50,712 nt of DNA from Chromera velia (Eukaryota). Below are positions 36,601-48,600 of the stretch, in pieces. The stretch is taken from positions 1 through 50,712 of the forward strand of contig JAHBMJ010000314.1 in assembly GCA_018398765.1 (NCBI GenBank), in the 5' to 3' direction. The first letter of the stretch is position 1. Each line of letters starts with the position of its first letter. The notes beneath the pieces are model-generated. The model saw only the letters and a list, made by a program, of their open reading frames with translations, was not told the DNA's origin and made no database searches. Position numbers and translations under genes: made by a program.

Positions 36601-37304
36601 TGTGGGTCGTTTGGGGGAATCAGTTTGCTTTGTGTGCTGGTAATGGGAAGCATTGGTCGAGAAAGAAGATCATTGATGCATCCTTTGTGCTGCAACTGAT
36701 GAGGCGATGTGCGGACGTCTACATGTGATTTTGGGATGCCATCGTCCACCTTCGGTCCATGCAGCATCAATCTACTCGTCTACCTAATATTAATACAACA
36801 GGGGGGTAGAAATTCTGCATCGTGTCATATCCGTCCTTTTCTTCATTCCATCTGATGTAGTCAGTCTCTGTGTGTGTCCCTGCATGCAGATGCAAGACCC
36901 TGGGTGCCTGGGGCATCATCCTGAAGATCACTCTGTGGGTCTCTGTGGTCTCCAACAGCTGGACTTTCACTTTCTGCCACAACACAAAGATTCAGGTACG
37001 TGCGTGGGCTGTCTGTCTGTGTGGCAGGTTGGGCTGAGCAATAAGATACCGCAGCAACATGGAGAAGGAGCCGGGGGTCGAATCATAATCTTGCAGATAT
37101 CCTGCATCGCGTGGATAGAACAAAGCCTGTTCTTTCTCTTCTTCTTCTATTCCGTTATTTTCCGCATGTTTCGACTTTGTCTGCCTGTCTGCTTCGCTTC
37201 CTCGACTGCCTTGACGAAGAAGATTTGAGTGAAGCAGGGAATTAAACTGATTCGAAAATCGTTGGATCGACATGAACGAACCACGCGTATCTTTCCTTCC
37301 TGCC

Positions 37305-37339
<35 letters not shown>

Positions 37340-37507
37340 GTCTATCTATCTATCTATCTGTCTGTCTGTCTGTCTGTCCGTCTGTCTGTCCGTCTGTCTG
37401 TCTATCTGTCTGTCTGTCTGTCTATCTGTCTGTCTATCTATCTGTCTGTCTGTCTGTCCGTCTGTCTGTCTGTCCGTCTGTCTGTCTGTCCGTCTGTCTG
37501 TCTGTCC

Positions 37508-37567
<60 letters not shown>

Positions 37568-37660
37568 GTCTATCTATCTATCTGTCTGTCTGTCTGTCCG
37601 TCTGTCTGTCTGTCTGTCTGTCCGTCTGTCTGTCTATCTGTCTGTCTGTCTGTCTGTCTA

Positions 37661-37692
<32 letters not shown>

Positions 37693-38607
37693 CAGGACTG
37701 GTTCGACGCCATTGCTGAGGGCATGCGGTCCCGCATGACCCACCCAGAGTCCCTTGATTTGTTCTTTTTGAGTGAGCACCTCCTGGTGGCACTCGTGGTG
37801 GTGGTCGCTCTGGTGCTCCCCTCCATTCCTCCCAGGGTGACGATCATCGAGAAGGAATTCCTCAGGGAGAGCCTCCAGGTGGGTGTGCATGCCTTGTTTT
37901 TAATGAAAGAAATAATGAAAGAAAGAAAGAAAGAAAGAATGAGACAAAGGGTGACGATCATCGAAAAGGAATTCCTCAGGGAGAGCCTCCAGGTGGGTGC
38001 ATGGGTGTTTCTTTGTACGTGCATGTATGCCTTGCTTTTCTGTCTATGCAACGGGATTTACATCTTGATCGCACTGAGGAGGTCTTTGTCTGGGATTGGT
38101 TGTTGGAGGTGGGAATGTCGAAGCACAAAAAGCGAGAGTGGTAGGGATCTGTATCAGTTCAGGCCAGCAACTCCGTGCCTGGCTGCCTACCTGTCCGTCT
38201 CTGCGTCTTTCCCTATCTGCCTATTGTCTGTCTGCTATTTGTCAGAATGCGCATGTGCGTCCATTTGACTGGATCGACGTGTACGTGCATGTGGGGGCAT
38301 GCAGTCTGCTTCATTCATTGTGTGACCTCTGATTCTGAATCGCCCTACCAATGTACGTTCCTTCCTTATCTAAGCAGTGTGCACCCAAACAAAGTCGACT
38401 TACCGATGCATGTGTGTGCAGAGTCGCAAGAGTGCCCTCCGAAAGCAGCTGAGTGGCACAATCATTCCCCAGAGCGACAGCCGTCTCCTCCCCGGAGGAT
38501 TCTCCGTCGACGAGGAGCTCCTCCGAAGAGAGTCCACTCTGCCCGGCGGGGGAGACGCGGACAGTGCAGTGCCAGGAGGAGAGGGAGGGAAGAATAAGGG
38601 TGTTTAG
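30661..38607 (+). CDS. Anoctamin / TMEM16 family protein (ANO8/ANO10-like Ca2+-activated scramblase/channel), ~17 exons
   Basis: Family motifs IRDYLGEEIAIFFLFM, LTEWENYRTQREHEDALLLK, YDGTFDDYMEMVIQYGYITLF, NFVEVFADLYKLLFVYRRPVPRR, LGAWGIIL, SEHLLV..P..V. Exons 30661-30902, 31138-31369, 31567-31674, 31949-32084, 32449-32567, 32856-32927, 33409-33565, 34029-34158, 34442-34541, 34880-35107, 35347-35631, (possible extra exon ~35870-36100), 36163-36207, 36430-36569, 36890-36995, 37696-37878, 38422-38607. The listed exons are GT-AG and phase-compatible. Confidence 0.93.
37307..37690 (+). repeat. ~380-bp intronic (TCTG/TCTA/TCCG)n array abutting the 3' splice site
   Basis: Directly visible; ends at TACAG, the acceptor of exon 37696. 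Confidence 0.95.
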
Positions 38608-39339
38608 ATGGATGGCTCGGTATCCCGCTGTAGATGTGTAGAGATCGATGTGTTCTTTATCTGAGGTCCCTTTTCACTTTCCCTGCTGGACTTCTGGTCG
38701 GATTTTTCGATCAGGGCACCGGCCGGTCTCATTTTATTTTTTTACGACACAGGTATACGACCGTGGGGTCGGTCTGGGTCTTTGTCAAAGATCGTTTTCG
38801 CGTCTTTTGAAATCTTCCTGCACACATTTGTAAACGACCATTCACGATTGCCTCTATCGACCGTGGGATTCATGGCCTGACCGAAGAACCTTTGCAAACG
38901 AAACGTACATGTTGATCGATTTGAGTGCTTGATCGAATTGTCGCGTTGTGACAGCTAGGAATTTGTTTGCCCGGAGTGACAAAATACAGTGAATCAAAAC
39001 CTTTAGCTCATTCCGGCTGTTTCTAAGCAAATTGAGAGGCGTTTTTAAACCAACAACTCTTGTTGATACAGTAGTAGCACTACTTCCTGTATTATGTCAA
39101 ACTGTTGTTTGTGCATGGTCCAATCGTGGGGCGCATTCGGTACCGTTTCTGGTACTATCTATATAGGGTGCCCTTTACATGTGAGACATTGTGACTTCTT
39201 TTAATAGGGGGAAACTGCATTTAAGATCAGTTCGTAGCACGCCCTTTAATTGAATGTTGTTCACTTCTTTTTTGCTTCCAGTTACATGATTTCAATTGCT
39301 GGTAATTCGATACCTACTAGTTATATTCCCCCCCCCCCC

Positions 39340-39350
39340 NNNNNNNNNNN
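39340..39350. other. Assembly gap (N run) between poly-C and (TC)n(TA)n
   Basis: 11 N characters. Confidence 1.
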
Positions 39351-39401
<51 letters not shown>

Positions 39402-39864
39402 TATAAGCTAAATGTTTTTACTATCTTGTGTGATAAACACAGTAAAATGACTAAAATCACTAGGATAAGCACTGTACCTAGCACTGTACGTGATTGATTA
39501 ATTGTTGATTTGAAATTTTGAATCTAGATATCAATAATTTAAATGACTACAGTGAGAGGCGTGGCTGTGGTACAGGCTCCTGCTGAGGAGGGCGACTGGA
39601 CGTGAAAGATTAGTTAAGTGATAAGATTAGTTAATTAAAAACTGCGTAGAGTGACATTAAGTGATATGTATACAATGCACCGCTAAAAAAACATCAACAA
39701 AAACAAATTGCTTAATTTAAAGTTGTTTTAAAATCTTTTTTTCAGAGACAGTTAAAAACTATCAAAAACCTAAAATTGCGGGTTCAATGAGTTGTTAATA
39801 TTATTAGTAAAAACTAGGAAAACTCACATACTAGCTCACATGTTACTAGTAAGGAACCTATGAA

Positions 39865-40745
39865 TAGTGACCAGATTTGATTCAAAGTTTGATTTGATCT
39901 AGGATTTGATTTGATTTGAGGTTAGGCTTAACCTCAAATCAAGCCTAACCTCAAATCAAATCTGCAGGTCTAATAGGACTTGCTCTGACACTCTTATCAA
40001 ATCTACATCAAATCCACCTCAAATCTGACTTTTAACCTCAAATCTCTGCCCTAGGGGGCTTCGCCCCCCATGCAGACACCCCGTTTGAGTTGTTACAAGG
40101 GCGACTTTAACATAACAAATAAAAACATATCTTAACAAAATAAAGTATTTCACCATGCATTAAAAAAAAAAAAAATGCTTCAAAGTTGTTTCAAATCGAA
40201 TCATTTCTTCACAGTCTGTGAATCACAGACCTTAGCTAGGCGACGTACAGTGGTAATTTTACAGAGATGTTAAATTGATTTAGCACTAAAGCTAAGCCAA
40301 AAAAGAGCCTTTGGCTGGCTGATTGGCTGAAGTTAGCCAAACACTTAAACATGTTTCTTATTATGTTAAATCAAAAATCATGTATAAAAAAGCTTGTTTT
40401 CTAAGGGAAAATGACCCATAAAAAAAAAATTCTCCCTAGGGGTAAAAAAAAAAGAATAGACAGGTCAAGATTTTTTTTTTCTTTTTTTTTTACTACTGCA
40501 TGTGCGTTGTCTAGTCACAGACAGTCAAAAACCTAAAATTGTGAGTTGTTATTAGTAAAAAGTAGGAAAGTTCGCATGTGAGGGAACCCATGAAGTTTAA
40601 CCTCAAACCTAACCCCAAATCTGCCTAGATTTGCAAATCTAGAGCCTTAACCTCAAATCAAATTAAATCAAATTCAAATACATTAAATTAACTGTCCTTA
40701 ACTAACTAACTAATTAACTAACTAATTAACTAAACCTGGTCACTA
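39865..40745. mobile_element. hAT-like MITE (family C) inserted into an older copy of the same family
   Basis: TAGTGACCAGATTTGA...CCTGGTCACTA with perfect 8-bp TSD CCTATGAA (39857-39864, 40746-40753). The flanks (39745-39864 plus 40754-40874) are homologous to the element's own right end and terminate in CCTGATCACTA. Confidence 0.88.
40231..40514. mobile_element. Second copy of MITE family A
   Basis: CTAGGCGACGTACAGTGG...TGTGCGTTGTCTAG; 8-bp TSD TCACAGAC (40223-40230, 40515-40522); internal AAGAATAGACA.GTC.AGATTT shared with the 25934-26257 copy. Confidence 0.75.
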
Positions 40746-40962
40746 CCTATGAAGTTTAAACTTAAATCGAATTTCAAATCCGCTTAGATTTCTAGCTAGA
40801 TTTGCAAATCTAGAGCCTTAACCTCAAATCAAATCAAATCAAATCTAAAGCTATCAAATCAAACCTGATCACTACACTGTCAACGCATAGATGCACATAG
40901 ATTAGCATAGCATGGCATTAGGTAATATAAAAATGATAAGTGATTTATCGGTGCCCTAGGAC

Positions 40963-42001
40963 TACCCCCTTGACACTCAAAGCTACTTGAAATTTTATGC
41001 CGCTCAAAAATCCACTCTTGAAAGGCCGCGCCGTAGGCGTGGCCTATGTTTTGAAAAGCCGTACCACAGGCGTGGCCTATGTCTTGAAAAGCTGTGCCGC
41101 AGGCGTGGCCTATGTCTTGAAAAGCTGTGCTGCAAGCAGAGCCTATTGTTCTAGTTAAGCTCTCTAGAACTTAGGAATCAACTCACACACACAAGTTCTA
41201 CATATAGAGAAATTCAATCTGTCAAACATACAAAAGCCTTCTCTATCGATCAGGAAAGACTCGGTCCTTCTAATAGGCTCAATCAATCTATATTGCAAAG
41301 ACTGAGATACAGACGTGCATGCTTTTGTATTACAGTGTGTATTTAATGCCATTAATTCTCTGTATTACTCTAAGAACCAAATCGAGCCTAGGTCCAAAGG
41401 TCCGTAACACCTATATCTTGAAAAGCTATGCCGTAAGGAGAGCCTATGTCTTGAAAAGCTATACGCCATAAGCAGAGCCGCCATAATATTTATAAAGAGC
41501 TTCACGGACACTTCCGTTTGCGATCAAATACTCATTCGGACCATCCCTAAACCATGTTTTATGCACCATGTTCTTTGCTGTGCAGATTCCTAAACGTTCA
41601 GATTTATTTTCTAAATTTTGTACACATGACACACCTGAACAACACGTGATATACCCGTTGCATAATTCGCAGATTGAGTGAGCATGCACGACTACGCTGC
41701 TCTCTGAGGTATTGCGCAGTTGCCGTTTGAGCCTGAACGTCACGGTCTGATGGGCCCTCAGAAAAACACCGCGCCTGCATGTAGAAAGGCATGCCGGGGC
41801 CGTGGTTTCCGGGGCAGCGCGGTGCTTCGTAAAGGCAGCACGACAGTGGGGCGCATACGCGTACAGTGGAATAAATTTTGGCGGCACGAAATAGCACGAA
41901 ACGGTGCCGCCGCTCAAAAATCCTAACTTGAAATTAAATGCCGCTGAAAAATCCAATCCTGAAAAATGTTTTCAAGAACAGCTTAGAGTGTCGGGGGGGT
42001 A
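40963..42001. mobile_element. Non-autonomous TIR element D (1039 bp) with an internal 33-bp tandem array
   Basis: TIRs TACCCCCTTGACACTCAAAGCT / AGCTTAGAGTGTCGGGGGGGTA; perfect 8-bp TSD CCTAGGAC (40955-40962, 42002-42009); 33-bp units (CTTGAAAAGCTGTGCCGCAGGCGTGGCCTATGT) at 41017-41146, continuing at 41410-41480. Confidence 0.85.
41147..41409. mobile_element. Solo LTR (263 bp)
   Basis: TGTT...AACA termini with 5-bp TSD CCTAT (41142-41146, 41410-41414), splitting a 33-bp repeat unit. Confidence 0.8.
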
Positions 42002-42643
42002 CCTAGGACACTGTCACCGTTTTTTTCGGGTTTCGCCCACAGTCCACTGCCGGAGGCCCGGAGCTCGGCTTACACCCTTGGTTACGCTTGCCAGAGATCC
42101 GTTTATACCTCGGGATTTGCTTAATTTAGAGAGATCACGTACGTCAGTGCCGTTTTTTACCACGTCAAATCAAACCTAGTCATTATTCATGGCCAGCTTT
42201 TTAGAGCATGGAGAGTGTATTCCATAGTTGATCGTCTGTTAACGCAAAAGCGTATTCTGATACGACTCTATCAGACTCATCCTCCAACCAACCAGCAGAT
42301 GGTGTATGGCTCCTACAGGCCCCACTGCAGTACAAGCTTCGACCGCTTCATTTAGTCATGAAGAAAAGATTGTATGGTAATACATGCGGCGTATAGCTTG
42401 ATGGGAAGTCGATTTCTCATCTTGCTTGCCCATTGCAGACACTCAGTCATAAGCTGGTTGACTGATTGACTGTAGGTCACGGAAAGACGTGCAGTCCCTC
42501 CCAACTAGCCATAACTGCTTTCTTTCTTTTTTGGCCTCAAACTTTTTTTTTATGCGTGCGAGGCTGATCGAGTCGTCTCCTGCGCCTGCATGGCGTCGTC
42601 GATCATCAACGGATTGAAATTATCATTGAATCTTGGAGTCTGT

Positions 42644-45600
42644 CTACACTACTTCGGGTGTTTTTTTGGCTCCGTTCTCGGTTTTAAGGCTGCTTTCAAA
42701 TCTGTGTTGAAACTTAGCTTTCAGATCATCATCAAGACTTTTGTCCCCGCCAATAGCTTTCAACAGCTCCATCGCCTGCTGAAAAGAAAGCTTCTCCATT
42801 TCCAAAGAAAGCTTCTCCTTTTCCAAAGCCAATGTGCCTGTGTCTGAATTGTACTTGCTACTGGCTGCAAAACCTCCGACCAGAGCTGTAAAAAATGTAA
42901 CGAGAGTTGTTGCGTAGAATTGAGTCTCCTCGGATAACGCAAAACCTGTTGGAAGCCACGTCGCACCGGCCCTGGCATGCCATGATATAAGTGAGTGGCG
43001 GGCCGCGGGGCGCATCGCATGATCGGTTCAGTGTTGCAAAGTGTTGCTTGCATGTTTTGGAATTAATCAAGTAATTGAGAGCATTCAAACTCATGCATAG
43101 AGAAACCGATCGATGCAAACAAATCTAATAGGCAAGAGACTTGACTGGAGCGCTTGGCTCCTTTATGCTGTGATCATAAGAATAGATGAGCCGGAATGAC
43201 GTCTAGGCACCTAACAAATCAGTGCGTCAAACTGGTGTGACAGCCCGAAAGGAAACAAAAAGAGAAAAAGATGCCGTCTGGTGTGGAGACAAGAAGTGGA
43301 GGAAAAGGAAAGAAGCTTCTCGTGACTGAAGATGATTTGAAAGTTCTAATTGCGAAGGCCGGTGAAAAGGCTGCAGAGTTTGCATTGGAAGGTTTTCTGA
43401 AGAAGTCGGGAAAGAAAAAAAAGAAAGAAACCCAGACTCCTGCAGCAGCAGCAAACGAAGCTTCCCCCCGTGCTGAAGATCAGTTCTAAGATGCAGGAGG
43501 AGAAGGGTCGTCCGATTCCGAGTCTGAGGCTAGTACTACATATGGCTACCTTACCGGTGGCGATTCCAATGCAGAAAATAGAGATGGAAAGAACTTTAAG
43601 AGAAAGAGTAGTGATGATAAAGATGAAGAAAAGGCAGAGGAATCCAGTGAGGAGACGGAGGCGCGTTCGAGTACAAGAAGGTGAAGGTGGATGTTTCCCT
43701 CTGCCCCCTGTTTTCTGAGGAAGATGGGTATGAAGTGTTTGAGCCTGAGTGGACTGATTTTGCTGAGAAGGAGTTGAACCCTGCCCACTTCCCCTCCAGG
43801 GAGCAGTGGGCCTGCAGGTATTGTCTTACCCTTTTGAAGGCAGCAGGAATATCCAAGGCGTTCAAGCATGCCGTCCAAAGATATGCAGTTGCCCGTCGCT
43901 CTCCCAGAAAGATTCTCCATACGCTGAAGGAGGAGTTCCTAAGCAACCTCCTTGCCAGGCAGATGACGATCGATGACAGGATCTGTGCGTTCCTCTACAA
44001 CATCACGAAGAAGGACAAGGACGGTAACGTCCTCAAGCTGAAGATGGTCTTCAGGTTCCGCATCCTGAAAAAGCGTCTGACAGACCTATAGAACGTAGCC
44101 CATGCAGTCAGTAGAGATCTTGACGACGCTGCCATCGTGTCCATGATCCTTCATACTCTGACGAAAGAGCAGAAGGAGCGAGAAGGAGAGACTCATCTCC
44201 CTCGCCCGCTCCAGTGGTGTAAAGATTCCCCTCGATCTCAACTACATCAGCTGGTCCGATTTGAAGCCTCATTTTGACTGGTTGGCCTCTCTGGAAGAGG
44301 CAGAATACAAGGGGAAGAAGGCGGAGGAAAAGAAGGATAAGGCAGCCAGAGGGTTTCAGAAACTTTAAGGAAAGGGACAGAAAGGAGGGAACAAGCAGTC
44401 AGAGCAGAAGTCCCGCGATCAGTGCCCTAACACCCGCACTGTTTGCCAGATGTATAGGCGAAAGCACCTGGGGGAATACTGGGGGAAGAAGGTCACGTGC
44501 AAGGCGTGTGGAGAGAAGGGGCACTTCGCCTCTGCTCCCATCTGTGAGAAGAATAGAGGGAAGAAGGATGAGAAGGCCGCCTCCTCCTCTGAGAATCGGG
44601 GAGGGAGCGGCATTGCATGACTATCTCGTCAGCAGGGATAGAATCGTGTGGGGGCAAATCATTTTTCCATCCTTGCACGTCCTGATGATGAAGATGAGTC
44701 CGAGGGAGAAAGGGGGAATGATGTGATTGCAGACACTGGATGTAGTCACACCCTTCTTGGGCATGATGTCGAAAAGAATGTCAAATGGAAAAGACGGTGT
44801 GTTTTCAACTATGAGCAGGCAGCGGGAAGTGAGTTTTTGCCAGAAGAGGAAACAAGGGTTGAAGTGGATGTGGAGACAGTTGATAGGGAGAGGGCTCCTG
44901 TGTACCTCCAAGGTGTATACTCCAGAAAGGTTCCACAAACTCTCATCTCTTTGAAGGGTAAGCAAGTTCAGAAAGTTTCCCCTCCTTTTTGGGTTGAATT
45001 GCCGCAGAGAAATGGAAATAAAATCAAAGCACGGCTCTATGAAAAGGATGGTGTGCATGTTGTACGTGTGCTCCATGATGATGTTTCGTGCACAAATGGG
45101 TCTCGTGTTCGTTTTGCGTATGATTTCGTGAAAGTGAATATAGAGACAGACAGTGAGAAAGGGAATGGAAAAGAAGATAGGCCGAAAGGCGAGAAAGACA
45201 TCAAAAAAGAAAGGCCGCAAGGCAAGATAGAATCAGCCAGGCCAAAAGGTATGAAAGAGTCAGGCGGAGATAGGCAGAGCAAGAAAGATGGGGGGGGGGG
45301 TAAATTTTTTTATTCCTTCCTCTGATTCCGCTGGACCGATATCTCTCTCTGAGCTCTATGGGTGGCACTGCAGGTTTGCCCATGCGACAGAAAATCGTCT
45401 CTTTTTGACTTTAAGAGAGAGAGGCTTGGCAAAACGAACAATGCAGAAGGCATGCAGACAGATGGCTGGTCTTTGTCATGTGTGTCGAGAAGTGAACAGG
45501 TGTATGAGAAGAATTCGTTCTCGTTCAAGGAAAGGAGAGTTTGCAAAGACAGAAGGTGCTCGTCTCTTTTACGACCTTTCTTTTCTTCCTGGTGTTATTC

Positions 45601-48600
45601 CTGCAAGTCTAATTGTAGATCCAGCGAACGGGAAAATGGATGGGTTGGTGATTGGAAAGAAAGATAGAGCAGTCAGACATTTGATTCAGATAGTTAGAAA
45701 GAATGAAGAGAAAGGAATAGGTAGGCCAAAGATAGTATATATAGACAATGGAGGTGAGTTTGGCAAAAAGTATGATGAATTTTGTGAGCAGAATGGGATG
45801 TATCACCAGAGGGGTGCAGATTACACCCCTTAGACATAGAGCTTAGTAGAGTGAGCGAACCGAACGGTGAAGCGAGCGATTTGGAAGCTGTTGCGAGAGT
45901 TGGGACTCCCCAAGTATTGCAGTAAGTGGTTTTGGCGGGGGGTTTGTCAGAATTTGAATGAATGTGTCCATGCAAAGACAGGAAGATCTCCAGAAAAAGA
46001 TGAGTCAGGGAGAAAGGAAGTCTTGAAGATTTCTCCTCTTTCCGTGGGAGATCGGGTGGTGTTATTTGAGGCTCAGCCAAAAGCTGAGGACTCTCTTTCA
46101 GTGCACGGGGTCGAAGGATTCTTTGCGTATGACATTATGGAGAGTGAGTCTGTTGTGTGTATTGTCGTGAAGAAAGGAAATGAATGGCGCCCTCTCAGGG
46201 TGCATCCCTCTCAAGTCTCTCTTGTGTCTATGTGTGGCTTCTCCCAAAGTGTACAGATTGGGGGGTGGGAAGCAAAAGAGGGAAATGAGGGGGCAGACAC
46301 CTGGTCTGATTTTTCAATGGATGATGGAGAGAGGTCAGTGGTGGGCGATGGGCCTGCACATTTCTCTTCCTCTTTCAATTCCGTGATTTTTTATGTAGAC
46401 GTCCCTCGAGCGGCAGTTTAGCAGCTTGGGCAATAGCATGTTGGCAGGGGTGGTGCCCAGTCAGCAGGGCTCTCTCTTTGTCTCTCTTCGGTTTAAACGA
46501 TACAGGTCTGCAGCCTCGGACCACCAATCCGGGTTTGTCAGTCCAGCGTTGGAGGGGGGAAGGAGAGGAGAAAGAAGCACGAGAATCGATGGTCTCTGCC
46601 AGTAAGCCAGCAGAAGTAGAGGAAGAAGAGATCTCTGTCCCTGAGGATGGGGTCTGGATTGGAAGAGATTTTCAAAAATTAGTTCGGAAGAACAGGAGGC
46701 AGATAGAGTGCAGGCGGCACAGGAGGTAGACGGGGTGCAGGGAGCACAGGAGGTAAGTGGAGAGGATGAGGTGGAAAAGACAAAGGAAAGAATTGCTGAG
46801 CTTCATGGCAAACTTCAGTAACTAATAAAGGAAAAGAAGAAAAGGAGACGGCCGTTGCCTCGAATTGTCGAGGTCGATCCAGAGGTGATCGAAAGGATAA
46901 GGAATCATCTGAATCCAAGAAAGGGGCATATAGATACCAGCAAGGAAGAGGTAAAAGAAGGCAGTCATTTGTCCGCCATGTTGAAGGAACTTCAGAGCTT
47001 TGTTGATGAGCAGGTGTTCAGGAGAGGCAGGCGAATGCTGAGAAAAAAAAAGGCAATCAAGACACGATGGGTCTTGACGTAGAAGCTAAAGGAAGGAAAG
47101 AGGGTAGCAAAAGCCAGGTTGTTTACAAAAGGATTCCAAGATAACAGAAAAGACTTGGAGACATACAGTGGAACTGCTAACTGGTGGTCTTTGCTTCTTG
47201 TTTTGTCTTTTACTTCTTCTCATCAATAGAACTGTGCAAAGTCAGATGTGAGGACTGCATTTCTTATAGCAGAAGTGAATGATGAAGTTTTTATGCAGCT
47301 TCCTGCAGAGATGCCTGAAGATGCGCCTGATAGCCTTAAGACAGGTGAGGTACTTTCTCTTTCGTGTGCAATGTATGGTCTTGCAGATGCCCCTCGCCTC
47401 TATACGAGGTATTTCAAACGAATAGCAAAAGAAGAGGGGTGGGAAGAAGTGATTGAGAGCATTTTTGTGAAGGAAGGAAAGAGAAGGGAAATTGAAGGGG
47501 TCATGATCATGCATGTTGATGATTTTCTTACTTTCTCTTCTGATCCTATATCTCTCTTCTCCCCTCTGCAATCCCGATTAAAAATGGACAAGCCTGAGTT
47601 GTTTGAAAAAGGAGGAAAGACGACTTACATTGGCATGACGCTGAGTAGAACAAAGGAAGGATACGAAATCGGATAAAAGGAGTATCTTGATGCGATCAAT
47701 GTCGATGAGGGTAAGCTGAAAGGAGGAAGGTTAAACGGAAGTCTGATCGACCCACCAGAAGAAGAAGAGACTGCGTGCCTTTCATGCAGAAATGTATGGG
47801 GGTTATTAGATGGGTTGCTTGCACAATTCCGTTAATCTCTTTCTTGTTCGGCGAATTGTCTCACTGGTCTCTTAAGCCTTCTGCAGAGAAAGTGGAGGGA
47901 GCAGTTCGCTTGTTGATACATGTAAAAAGCATTGAGGCGCCTTTGCGTTTCACTGTTTGCGAGAATCAAAAGTTATGCATATTCCATGATGGATTGTATA
48001 TACTTCATAAATGTGAAGGAAGGGTTGGAATGGAAGCGTTCATTGTGAATAAAGAAGAAAAGGTTCCTGATGTGAGAGAGTCAAACCTCTTTACATGGAA
48101 GAGTAAGAAGTTGACAAGAAGGTTGATTTCGAGTACTTTGTCTGAATTGTATGCTCTTTCAGATGTGGTGAAGAAAGCCTTTGCATGGAAGAAATTATTG
48201 GCAGGGAGGCTTTGGAGAAAGAAAGTGCCAGTTAAGTTTATGACAGACTCTGGTCTGCTCATGGAGCAGCTTGAGACAGGTTATGCTCAAGCAGAACCTT
48301 GTCTGGACGGTCTTTTGAAGTATATCAGACAAAAGCTGCGTGCACTGCGTGCAAAAGTCTTTTGGGTGTCAACCGACAAGATACGTGCAGACAGATAAAC
48401 AAAGCTCAAGCTTCAGAAGGACAAAAGAACTGAATAGGTGCCTAAAGAGAAGAAGGTGGTTGAGAAGGAGGGTGCTTGATTGAAGTCTCCTGACTTTTCT
48501 ATGAAGAAAAAAAGGATTGCGTTTATGCATGCCTCCTGAATGGTTCCCTCATTACTTCGGTCAGGGGGTGATTGTTGGAGGCCGCGTCGCACCGGCCGCG

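Noticed and set aside
37229..37738. 169-aa and 148-aa (CLSV)n ORFs
   Set aside because: They translate the intronic (TCTG)n array of the anoctamin gene.
41017..41480. CRISPR-like array (33-bp repeats)
   Set aside because: The units are head-to-tail with no unique spacers, there are no cas genes, and the context is a eukaryotic transposon interior.
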